64,000 bases of DNA. Origin: an uncultured Terracidiphilus sp. GTDB taxonomy: Bacteria; Acidobacteriota; Terriglobia; Terriglobales; Acidobacteriaceae. The position numbers were made by a program, and so were the translations under genes. This document shows, in pieces, positions 27,708 to 35,337 of the stretch (within the stretch, counting starts at the first letter, position 1; each line of letters opens with the position of its first letter). The notes beneath the pieces were generated by a model, which was not told the origin of the DNA, ran no database searches, and saw nothing but the letters and a program-made list of their open reading frames with translations. The stretch covers positions 22,897 to 86,896 of the forward strand of contig CAZGHZ010000002.1 in the NCBI GenBank assembly GCA_964525655.1. Reading direction: 5' to 3'.

Positions 27708-28856
27708 ATGACCGGCGAAGCAGTTCTGAAGAATGCCAAAATAGTTACTCCCACTGAAATCGTGGAGGGATCGGTCCATCTTCGCGACGGCTTGATTGCC
27801 GAACTTCAATCCGGGCCGCTCGAGTCCGTGAAGGCCATCGACTTTGAAGGCGACTATCTGATTCCCGGCCTGATCGATCTGCACACCGACAATCTGGAAC
27901 GGCACATGCGGCCGCGCAACTCAACCGATTGGCCCGCTGTTGCCGGAGTTTTGGCACACGATGCCGAGATGGCCGCGGTCGGAATCACGACTATTCTCGA
28001 CTCGCTGTATGTCGGCGGGAGAATGGCCGAAGGGTGGGAGAGCATCCTTGAGTCCGCCGTTTCAGCCATCGAGGCCGCACAGCGAGCGGGTATCCTCCGT
28101 GCAGATCATTTTCTGCACCTTCGCGCGGAGATCTCGCGTGAAGCCACGGTGGAGTGCTTCACAAGCGTCTATCCGAATCCGATCGTGCGCTTGGTTTCCA
28201 TCATGGATCACACGCCGGGGCAGCGCCAATTCGCCAACGGGGGCGGCGGCATGGGACGCGGTGGGCGCGGCGAACGGAACCGGGGAGCCAGCCAGCAGGA
28301 GCATCCCGCGCCGGAGATGACGGCGCAGGAACGGCGGGAGAAATACTCCGTGCCCAACCGCGCGCGTCTTCTCGAGATTCTGGCCGGCCACACGGTGCCG
28401 CTGGCCAGCCACGACGACACAACGGTCGAGCACATCGAGCAGTCGCATACAGAAGGCATCGGCATAGCCGAGTTCCCGACTACCATGGATGCCGCACAGG
28501 CGGCGCGCGAAAAACAGATGAAGATCGTTGCCGGCTCGCCCAACCTGGTTCTTGGCCGCTCGCGCAGCGGCAACGTCGCGGTCTCCGATCTGGTAAAAGC
28601 CGGCGCGATCGACGTGCTCGCGTCGGACTATGTTCCGGCGAGCCTGCTCTATGCGATCTTCCTGCTGGCAGACACGATGGAAGTGCCGCTGCCTAAGGCG
28701 GTAGGCTATGCGACCAGCGCTCCTGCGGATTTGGCGGGCTTTGCCGATCGCGGCAGCATTGCGCCGGGCAAGCGCGCCGATCTGGTGCGCGTGCGCGTCG
28801 TCGAGAAGATTCCGGTTCCCTCCATGGTCTGGCGCGGAGGAAAGCGTGTCTGCTGA
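27708..28856 (+). CDS. phnM: PhnM-family amidohydrolase (alpha-D-ribose 1-methylphosphonate 5-triphosphate diphosphatase-like), paralogue 1
   Basis: Colinear with E. coli PhnM: LIPGLIDLHTDNLE, SIMDHTPGQRQFAN, LASHDDTTVEH, AEFPTT, GSPNLVLGRSRSGNV, LASDYVPASLL, GKRADLV. Start at ATG 27708 with an AAGGA RBS. Confidence 0.85.
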   Translation: MTGEAVLKNAKIVTPTEIVEGSVHLRDGLIAELQSGPLESVKAIDFEGDYLIPGLIDLHTDNLERHMRPRNSTDWPAVAGVLAHDAEMAAVGITTILDSLYVGGRMAEGWESILESAVSAIEAAQRAGILRADHFLHLRAEISREATVECFTSVYPNPIVRLVSIMDHTPGQRQFANGGGGMGRGGRGERNRGASQQEHPAPEMTAQERREKYSVPNRARLLEILAGHTVPLASHDDTTVEHIEQSHTEGIGIAEFPTTMDAAQAAREKQMKIVAGSPNLVLGRSRSGNVAVSDLVKAGAIDVLASDYVPASLLYAIFLLADTMEVPLPKAVGYATSAPADLAGFADRGSIAPGKRADLVRVRVVEKIPVPSMVWRGGKRVC

Positions 28857-28959
28857 AGTCCTTTGCCAACCGCTCAAGAGGGAACTCCCGGTCGTCCGCT
28901 CAGCCAACGAGGCTTGCGGCCAACGAGAAGGGCTTGCTCTTCAAGGACTGAACGACCGA

Positions 28960-29820
28960 ATGAGAATCAGCGTCGACTTGCTCGAGGACGCCGCAACGTT
29001 CTCGGCGGTTGCGGGAGAGTTCCTGCGCTCGCGGCCGGTTCACCACAACCTGATGCTCACTCTGCTGGATGGCCGCCTGACCCGGCCTGAGCCGGGCCGC
29101 TATTGGGTCGCCACTCGCGACGGAGAGGTCGCCGGGGTAGTCTTTCAATCTCCGCTGACACATTCCGCGTTGCTGGTTCCAATGGAGCCTGAAGTGCTCG
29201 CTGCTCTAGCCGACGCGATGGCAGAAACGGGGGCCGCTCTTCCAGGCGTGAGTGGCGAAGCCGCAACGGCCGCCAGCTTTGCGGGCCGATGGACGGAAAA
29301 CACGAAGTCGGCAGCGGTTCCGAGGCAGGGACTTCGCATTTACGAATTGGACGGGCTAAAGGAGATCGGTTCAGTCGAGGGCAATCTGCGGAAAGCAGAA
29401 GAATCGGATCGCGCCCTGGCAGAGCGCTGGGCGCGCGAGTTTCAGACCGAGACCCACGAGCCATCCAGCGATCCCGCGCCCAGGGTCGATGCCTGGCTTG
29501 CAGCAGGGCAGATTTGGTTATGGCAGAACGGCGAAGCGGTGTCGATGACAGTGACTCGAAAATCTGCCCAGGGAGTCGTCCGGCTTGGGGGCGTGTATAC
29601 TCCTCCTGAGAAACGGGGCCGTGGCTACGCGACGGCCTGCGTTCATGGCATCTCGAAGGCGATCACCACGGCAGGCTTCCGCTGCATCCTGTATACCGAC
29701 CTGGGAAATCCAACGTCGAACTCCATCTATCGCAAGATCGGTTACCATGCGGTCAGTGAATGCCTTCACTACCGTTTTGAGCTGCCGGCGCAATCAGTTC
29801 ATCATGCTCAGACAATATGA
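28960..29820 (+). CDS. GNAT-family N-acetyltransferase (two-domain, ~286 aa)
   Basis: C-terminal acetyl-CoA binding region LGGVYTPPEKRGRGYATACVHGISKAI..YTDLGNPTSNSIYRKIGY. Start trimmed to ATG 28960 (MRISVDLLEDAATF). Confidence 0.75.
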   Translation: MRISVDLLEDAATFSAVAGEFLRSRPVHHNLMLTLLDGRLTRPEPGRYWVATRDGEVAGVVFQSPLTHSALLVPMEPEVLAALADAMAETGAALPGVSGEAATAASFAGRWTENTKSAAVPRQGLRIYELDGLKEIGSVEGNLRKAEESDRALAERWAREFQTETHEPSSDPAPRVDAWLAAGQIWLWQNGEAVSMTVTRKSAQGVVRLGGVYTPPEKRGRGYATACVHGISKAITTAGFRCILYTDLGNPTSNSIYRKIGYHAVSECLHYRFELPAQSVHHAQTI

Positions 29821-29860
29821 GAACCATTCATAGAGACAAGAGAGATAAGAGGATAGAGCG

Positions 29861-31000
29861 ATGACCGACGATTTGACGTTGAAGAATGCCAAAATCGTAA
29901 CGCCTACTGAAATTGTGGAAGGATCTGTCCATCTTCGCGACGGCTTGATTGCCGAGATTCAATCCGGAAAGAACGGACCGGCTAGCGCCATCGACCTCGA
30001 CGGCGACTACCTCATTCCCGGCCTCGTCGATCTGCACACCGATAATTTCGAGCGCCTTGTAAGGCCGAGGAACAGTGTGGATTGGCCGGTGACGGCTGCC
30101 TTGGTGGCGCACGACGCTCAGATGGTCTCCGCCGGAATCACCACCATCTTCGATTCGCTTTACGTAGGATTCCTCGGCTTCGGGTCCCGCAGCTTCGACA
30201 CGCTCAAGAATACGATCGCTGAGTTAGACACATGCCGGAGAAGTCTGATGTTTCGTGGAGATCACTTGCTCCACCTGCGCGCCGAGGTATCGATGGAAGT
30301 GATGCCCGAGCAGTTCGCCTCGGTTTATCCTGAGCCCAGCGTGCGGCTTGTTTCCCTGATGGATCATACGCCGGGACAGCGGCAGTGGAGAGATCTCGAC
30401 AAGTATGTCGCCATGGAGAAGAGGGATTTTCATCTCACGGAAGAAGAGATCAATAACTTCCTGAAGACTTCAAAAGAACGGCATGAGAAAGTCTCGCCGG
30501 CAAACCGCGTTAAGGTGATATCGATGGTGAAAGGTCATTCCGTGGTACTTGCCAGCCACGATGATACGACAGTCGAGCATGTCGATGCGGCTCATGCGGA
30601 GGGTATTACCGTTTCCGAGTTTCCCACGACAATCGAAGCGGCGGAAAGAGCGCGCGCCAGGGGAATGCATATCGTGGCCGGTTCGCCGAACCTGGTGTTG
30701 GGACGGTCGCACTCCGGCAATGTATCCGCGGAGGAACTTGCCCGCCGCGGCCTGCTGGATGCGCTTGCTTCCGATTATGTCCCATCCAGCCTGCTGCATG
30801 GCGCGTTCCTGCTCAACGAGAGGCTTGCAATGCCGCTGCCCGAGGCGATCAAGATGGTCACGATGGCTCCGGCGCGCATCGCAGGATTGCACGACCGCGG
30901 CAGCATCGAGACGGGCATGCGCGCCGATCTGGCGCGCGTGAAGATAGTGCAAGGCCTTCCACTTCCACTGGCGGTTTGGCGCGAAGGAGTGCGCGTGTGA
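29861..31000 (+). CDS. phnM: PhnM-family amidohydrolase, paralogue 2
   Basis: LIPGLVDLHTDNFE, SLMDHTPGQRQW, LASHDDTTVEH, SEFPTT, GSPNLVLGRSHSGNV, LASDYVPSSLL. 31 of the first 36 residues are identical to paralogue 1. Confidence 0.85.
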   Translation: MTDDLTLKNAKIVTPTEIVEGSVHLRDGLIAEIQSGKNGPASAIDLDGDYLIPGLVDLHTDNFERLVRPRNSVDWPVTAALVAHDAQMVSAGITTIFDSLYVGFLGFGSRSFDTLKNTIAELDTCRRSLMFRGDHLLHLRAEVSMEVMPEQFASVYPEPSVRLVSLMDHTPGQRQWRDLDKYVAMEKRDFHLTEEEINNFLKTSKERHEKVSPANRVKVISMVKGHSVVLASHDDTTVEHVDAAHAEGITVSEFPTTIEAAERARARGMHIVAGSPNLVLGRSHSGNVSAEELARRGLLDALASDYVPSSLLHGAFLLNERLAMPLPEAIKMVTMAPARIAGLHDRGSIETGMRADLARVKIVQGLPLPLAVWREGVRV

Positions 31001-31082
31001 TCGCCGAGCGACTGCGAATGCTCTTCGCTCCCAAACATCAGCACCTGAATCTCATCCGCTTTCTCATACAGAGGGACTGCGA

Positions 31083-31811
31083 ATGACAAGGCCTCCACAG
31101 ATCGTGGCGATGGGCGGCGGCGGTTTCTCAATGGAACCGGAGAACCCGTTGCTTGACCGTTTCATACTCTCAACGGTGCGAGTACCGGAGCCGAAGGTCT
31201 GTTTCCTGCCCACGGCGAGCGGAGATGCTCAGAGCTACATCGACAAGTTCTATGCTGCATTTCGTCTCCTGCCCTGTGTTCCGGCGCATCTTTCGCTCTT
31301 CAAGCCACCCTGCGCCGATCTGCGCGCCTTCGTTCTAGCGCAGGATGCGATCTATGTCGGCGGCGGCAACACTCGCGCCATGCTTGCTCTGTGGCGTGAG
31401 TGGGGTTTGGATTCGATTCTTCGCGAGGCCTGGCTCTCCGGCGTGGTCATGGCGGGGTTGAGCGCGGGATCTCTTTGCTGGTTCGAGCAAGGCGTGAGCG
31501 ATGCGGTCGCTCCCGGCGAACTGAGACCGATCGAGTGCCTGGGCTTCCTCGGTGGAAGCCATTGTCCGCATTATGATGGGGAACCCGGACGCCGCCCCGC
31601 TTATCACCGGCTGATCCTGGAGGGAGAGCTGGAGGCGGGATACGCCGTGGATGATGGCGCCGCATTGCATTTTATCGGCGAGAGGCTGGCAAAGATCGTG
31701 AGTTCCCGGCGGTTGGCCAAAGCCTACTCTGTGCGGCGTTCCGATGAAGGGGTCGAGGAGGTTGCTCTCGATACCGAGTGGCTCGCTTCACAAGGGGGAG
31801 ACGGAGCGTGA
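31083..31811 (+). CDS. Peptidase S51 (dipeptidase E / cyanophycinase-like) family protein
   Basis: FLPTASGD, nucleophile-elbow-like GLSAGS and HCPHYDGE motifs; 242 aa. Confidence 0.7.
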   Translation: MTRPPQIVAMGGGGFSMEPENPLLDRFILSTVRVPEPKVCFLPTASGDAQSYIDKFYAAFRLLPCVPAHLSLFKPPCADLRAFVLAQDAIYVGGGNTRAMLALWREWGLDSILREAWLSGVVMAGLSAGSLCWFEQGVSDAVAPGELRPIECLGFLGGSHCPHYDGEPGRRPAYHRLILEGELEAGYAVDDGAALHFIGERLAKIVSSRRLAKAYSVRRSDEGVEEVALDTEWLASQGGDGA

Positions 31812-31831
31812 TCGCCACTAGAATCGGTCGA

Positions 31832-32410
31832 ATGAATATTCATATTACCGGCGCTTCAGGAAGTGGCGTTACGACCTTAGGCAAGGCGCTGGCCCAAGAG
31901 TTGGGCTCTTTGCATCTCGACATCGACGATTATTTCTGGATGCCCACCGATCCGCCCTACACAACAAAGCGCCCGCGGGAGCTGCGACTGGCGCTGTTGA
32001 GGGAAGCGTTTGCACGAGCCTCCGGCACGGGATGGGTTCTCTCCGGCTCCATCCTGGAATGGGGCGATCCGCTGATACCGCTCTTCGACTTGGCGATCTT
32101 CGTTTCAACTCCGACGGAGTTGCGGCTGCAACGCCTTCGCGCGCGCGAGGCGGTCCAGTTCGGAGCCGAAGCGATTGCTCCCGGTGGCTCGCGACACAAA
32201 GAACATGAGTGGTTTATCGCATATGCCGCGGCTTACGACGAAGAGAAGCACGAGGGGCGCAGCCGCGCGCGACATGAGGCGTTGCTCGCCCAACTTCCTT
32301 GTCCTGTCTTGCGACTGGACGGAAGCCTGCCGATCTCCGCACTTGTGCAGCAAGTCATCAGCAAGCTGGGACAACTCAGCGAGTTGTCCCAGCTGCCGCA
32401 ACGGTTATAA
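31832..32410 (+). CDS. P-loop NTPase / small-molecule kinase-like protein (adenylate-kinase-like fold)
   Basis: Walker A ITGASGSGVTTLGKAL at the N-terminus; ~190 aa. Start at ATG 31832, or GTG 31808 overlapping the S51 stop. No guanylate-kinase-type PhnN motifs were recognised. Confidence 0.6.
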   Translation: MNIHITGASGSGVTTLGKALAQELGSLHLDIDDYFWMPTDPPYTTKRPRELRLALLREAFARASGTGWVLSGSILEWGDPLIPLFDLAIFVSTPTELRLQRLRAREAVQFGAEAIAPGGSRHKEHEWFIAYAAAYDEEKHEGRSRARHEALLAQLPCPVLRLDGSLPISALVQQVISKLGQLSELSQLPQRL

Positions 32411-33103
32411 GTATTTCTCGACAAACTCCTCGGCGCTGAGCTTGCGCAGGTCCGGCATTGCGAGTTCGAGCTTTTCGCGCGGCCAATCCCACCATGCAAT
32501 CTTGAGGAGTCCTTCCTGCACTTTTTCATCGAAGCGGAAGCGAATGAGTTTTGCGGGAACGCCGCCGACGATGGCAAACGGCGGCACGTCCTTAGAGACC
32601 ACCGCACCTGCTCCGACGCCGGCTCCTGTGCCGATCTTGACGCCTGGCAGAATCACCGCGCCGTGTCCGATCCACACATCGTTTCCAAGAGTGACCCGGT
32701 GCGCTTTGCGCCAACCGAAGAACTCTTCATCGTTTTCGACGGCAAAGCCGTAGGACTCGCTGCGGTAAGTGAAATGATGCAGCGCGGCGCGCCACATCGG
32801 GTGGTTGCCCGGATTGATGCGGTTGGCCGATGCAATGGAACAGAACTTTCCTATGTCGGCCCATACGATGCTGCATCCGTCGCAAACGTACGAATAGTCG
32901 CCGAAGGTGGACTCTCCCATCGAGGTGCGTGGGCCAATCGATGTGTAGGCCCCGAGCACGCACTCGCGAACGTGGGCGGTCGGATCGATGCGCGGTTCCA
33001 GCCCAAGCGGCTGTCTTCTGGGCCGTGCCTGATCCGCGGGTGGATCGGGCAGAGTTTCCATTGGTTCAAGGTGTGTCGTGGCCATGTCTTCCTCTCCATT
33101 CAT
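32405..33103 (-). CDS. Hexapeptide-repeat (LbH) acyl/acetyltransferase of the phosphonate-operon-associated family
   Basis: Left-handed beta-helix repeats (IGPRTSMGESTFGDYSYV, IWADIGKFCSIA, VWIGHGAVILPGVKIGTGAGVGAGAVV). Xenobiotic-acetyltransferase-like C-terminus. The family is described as occurring in C-P lyase operons (TIGR03308-type, from memory). Confidence 0.7.
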   Translation of the reverse strand: MNGEEDMATTHLEPMETLPDPPADQARPRRQPLGLEPRIDPTAHVRECVLGAYTSIGPRTSMGESTFGDYSYVCDGCSIVWADIGKFCSIASANRINPGNHPMWRAALHHFTYRSESYGFAVENDEEFFGWRKAHRVTLGNDVWIGHGAVILPGVKIGTGAGVGAGAVVSKDVPPFAIVGGVPAKLIRFRFDEKVQEGLLKIAWWDWPREKLELAMPDLRKLSAEEFVEKYL

Positions 33104-33125
33104 TGAATTGAATCGTCAATCGAAA

Positions 33126-34598
33126 TCAGTGGGCGGTTGTGTCCTCGAACTCCCGGCGCAGCATCGCCTCCACCTCGGGCAAGGACCTCATGCATTGCGA
33201 AAAAATGCGCTCATGGCTTGCGGCGCTGAAGCCCTCGATGCGCAACGAAAGAACGGCCTCTGTTCCGGACTCGCGGACCAGAACGACTCCGTCGCACAGG
33301 ACGAAACGGAGGCCGTCGATCTCCATGATGCCTGCCTCGGGAAATGCTGTCGCCAAAGCGGCCGCCGCCTTCGCGTAGGTGAGCAATCCGATTGGAATGC
33401 GCAACTCCGGCGTGGTGTAGATTCGAGGCAGACCGCGCCTGAGCTGAGCGAGGGACTGACCTCTACGTTGCACAATATCGAGAACGAAGAGGGCGGCAAA
33501 GAGTCCATCGTCTCCGCCATCCAGCTCCTTGAAAAAGTAGTGGCCGCAGGCGTCAAGGCCCAGTAGCGCCTGATCGGCCACCATCCGGCCGCGCATGAAG
33601 GCATGACCGGTACGTTCGAGGATCGGAACTCCTCGATTTTGCTCGATTGAGCGCCGTACGATGTCGGAGCACTTTACATCGACGACGATCTTGCCGTTCG
33701 TTGACCCGGTCCTCCGCTGCTCTTCAAGCACCGCGTCTGCCAACAGGAGAGCGATCTCATCTGGCGAAACGAATTCTCCATCTTCATCGACAAAGGCAAC
33801 ACGGTCGCCATCGCCGTCCCACGCAATGCCGATGGAGTTCGGTACTTCCACAACCGCGCGGCGCAAGCGCGTGAGATTGGATGCGCGTGAGCAATCGGGC
33901 GAGCGGTCAGGAAAGTTGCCATCGGCGATACACGAGATGCAGGCAACCGCGAAGCCAAGGCGCCGAAAAATCTCCGGCGCAACCTCCGACCAGGCTCCGT
34001 TTCCCGCATCAAGGACGACTCTGCGTGGAGCAGCCTTTCGGTGGTTGCTTTGACCGAGGCTATCCCAACGGGCGAGAGCGGTTTGAATGTACTCGTGGAT
34101 TATTTCGATCTGTTCGAACTTGCCCTGAATCGGGCCCTGGATCGAGCGAGAGGCGGGCTCCCTGGCCAATTCGCGGGCCAATTCGCGTATTTGTGCGAGT
34201 TGCTCCGGAGTCGTAGGCAGCGAGCCCAGCATCAGCTTCAGTCCATTGTGAGCGGCGGGGTTGTGCGAGGCGGTTACGATCAGCACGGCATCCGCGCCGA
34301 TGCGGCTGGCGGCAAAGTATGCCAGAGGCGTCGGGCCTTGTCCGGCATCGAGAACCTGAACGCCGGTTTGCAGCAGTCCCTCGCAGAGAGCGCTCTTCAA
34401 CTCCGGCGTACTCAACCTGAAGTCGCCCGCCACCAGAACGCGGGATGAGAGTGGAAGCAGAGTTCCAATGGCGCTGCCGATATCGCGAAAGAGGCGAGGC
34501 GAGACAACATCGGGATAGATGCCGCGAAGGTCGCAAGGCTTCCACGGGTCCGACTCCGGCAACAGCTCTTCGGTGTCCGTGGCAGTTCTCAATGTCAT
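33126..34598 (-). CDS. Alpha-D-phosphohexomutase superfamily enzyme (phosphomannomutase/phosphoglucomutase-like)
   Basis: Catalytic loop VTASHNPAAHNGLK, metal loop AWDGDGDRVAF, phosphate-binding VRESGTEAVLS. The sugar-binding loop is atypical (LERTGHAF instead of GEMSGH). Confidence 0.8.
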   Translation of the reverse strand: MTLRTATDTEELLPESDPWKPCDLRGIYPDVVSPRLFRDIGSAIGTLLPLSSRVLVAGDFRLSTPELKSALCEGLLQTGVQVLDAGQGPTPLAYFAASRIGADAVLIVTASHNPAAHNGLKLMLGSLPTTPEQLAQIRELARELAREPASRSIQGPIQGKFEQIEIIHEYIQTALARWDSLGQSNHRKAAPRRVVLDAGNGAWSEVAPEIFRRLGFAVACISCIADGNFPDRSPDCSRASNLTRLRRAVVEVPNSIGIAWDGDGDRVAFVDEDGEFVSPDEIALLLADAVLEEQRRTGSTNGKIVVDVKCSDIVRRSIEQNRGVPILERTGHAFMRGRMVADQALLGLDACGHYFFKELDGGDDGLFAALFVLDIVQRRGQSLAQLRRGLPRIYTTPELRIPIGLLTYAKAAAALATAFPEAGIMEIDGLRFVLCDGVVLVRESGTEAVLSLRIEGFSAASHERIFSQCMRSLPEVEAMLRREFEDTTAH

Positions 34599-35311
34599 AA
34601 AGGCCTCAAGCGAACGCGATCCAGAAGACGAAATGCTGCCCCCGGAAAGGCTTCGTGAAAGATGCAGATCGAGTCGATAAGCATCGGATGCTCACACGCC
34701 GATGCAAAGCGCGAGCGGAGATAAGGCTCGAAGAGCGAAAGGGACTTTGTGTGCATGGAACTGGTGAGCGACATATGGAACTTCCAGGTGTCGAAGACGT
34801 ACGGGTAGCCCCATCGCAGCACATGCGCCCGCTCGCTTGGGGAGAGTGAGCCGCGCAAGCGCTGAGTCGTCTCCTCTTCGGTTGCCGGAGCGCGAAAGCG
34901 ATCGAAGTAGCTGACGCTGTCGGCGGCGAGGCGAGAGAACTCCTCACTCGGCGCGGAGAGAATGAGAGCGAGGAAACGTCCAAGAGCGCCAACCTCGAGG
35001 AGAGGCGCGTAAAAGGCGTCGTGAGTGTAAGCGAATTCGGAAAGCGCCGCGTGCAAGTCCTCGAATGTGGCATTGTCCGCAAGCCGGAAGGGAGGCTTGA
35101 GGGTGGCATGAAAGCCATATCGGCGCGGACTATCGGTTACGCGCAACCAATCTTCATGCCGGATGTGGTCCGGCAGATTTGGCTCGATCGCAGCGCCGGT
35201 AACCGCGTCGCGGCCGAGCCATTGACTGCCCTGGTCGTAAAGCGGCGCGCTTGGGCTGGGGCAAAAATAAACTCCGTATCGTGAGGTCTTCCCGTTTAAC
35301 TCATGCATCAT
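34595..35311 (-). CDS. DUF1045 / 2H-phosphoesterase-family putative phosphonate metabolism protein
   Basis: RYGVYFCPSP..GSQWLGRDAVTG N-terminus typical of DUF1045. Two HxT/S motifs (GFHATLK, KFHMSLT). ATGA overlap with the phosphomutase gene. Confidence 0.75.
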   Translation of the reverse strand: MMHELNGKTSRYGVYFCPSPSAPLYDQGSQWLGRDAVTGAAIEPNLPDHIRHEDWLRVTDSPRRYGFHATLKPPFRLADNATFEDLHAALSEFAYTHDAFYAPLLEVGALGRFLALILSAPSEEFSRLAADSVSYFDRFRAPATEEETTQRLRGSLSPSERAHVLRWGYPYVFDTWKFHMSLTSSMHTKSLSLFEPYLRSRFASACEHPMLIDSICIFHEAFPGAAFRLLDRVRLRPL

Positions 35312-35337
35312 CGATGACTTCCCTTGATTGATTCCCG

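Noticed and set aside
31832-32410. Possible identification of the P-loop protein as PhnN (ribose 1,5-bisphosphokinase).
   Set aside because: PhnN is guanylate-kinase-like (GPSGSGKDSL type). This protein looks adenylate-kinase/AAA-like and lacks PhnN landmarks that I can recognise. I kept it only as a hypothesis in a finding.
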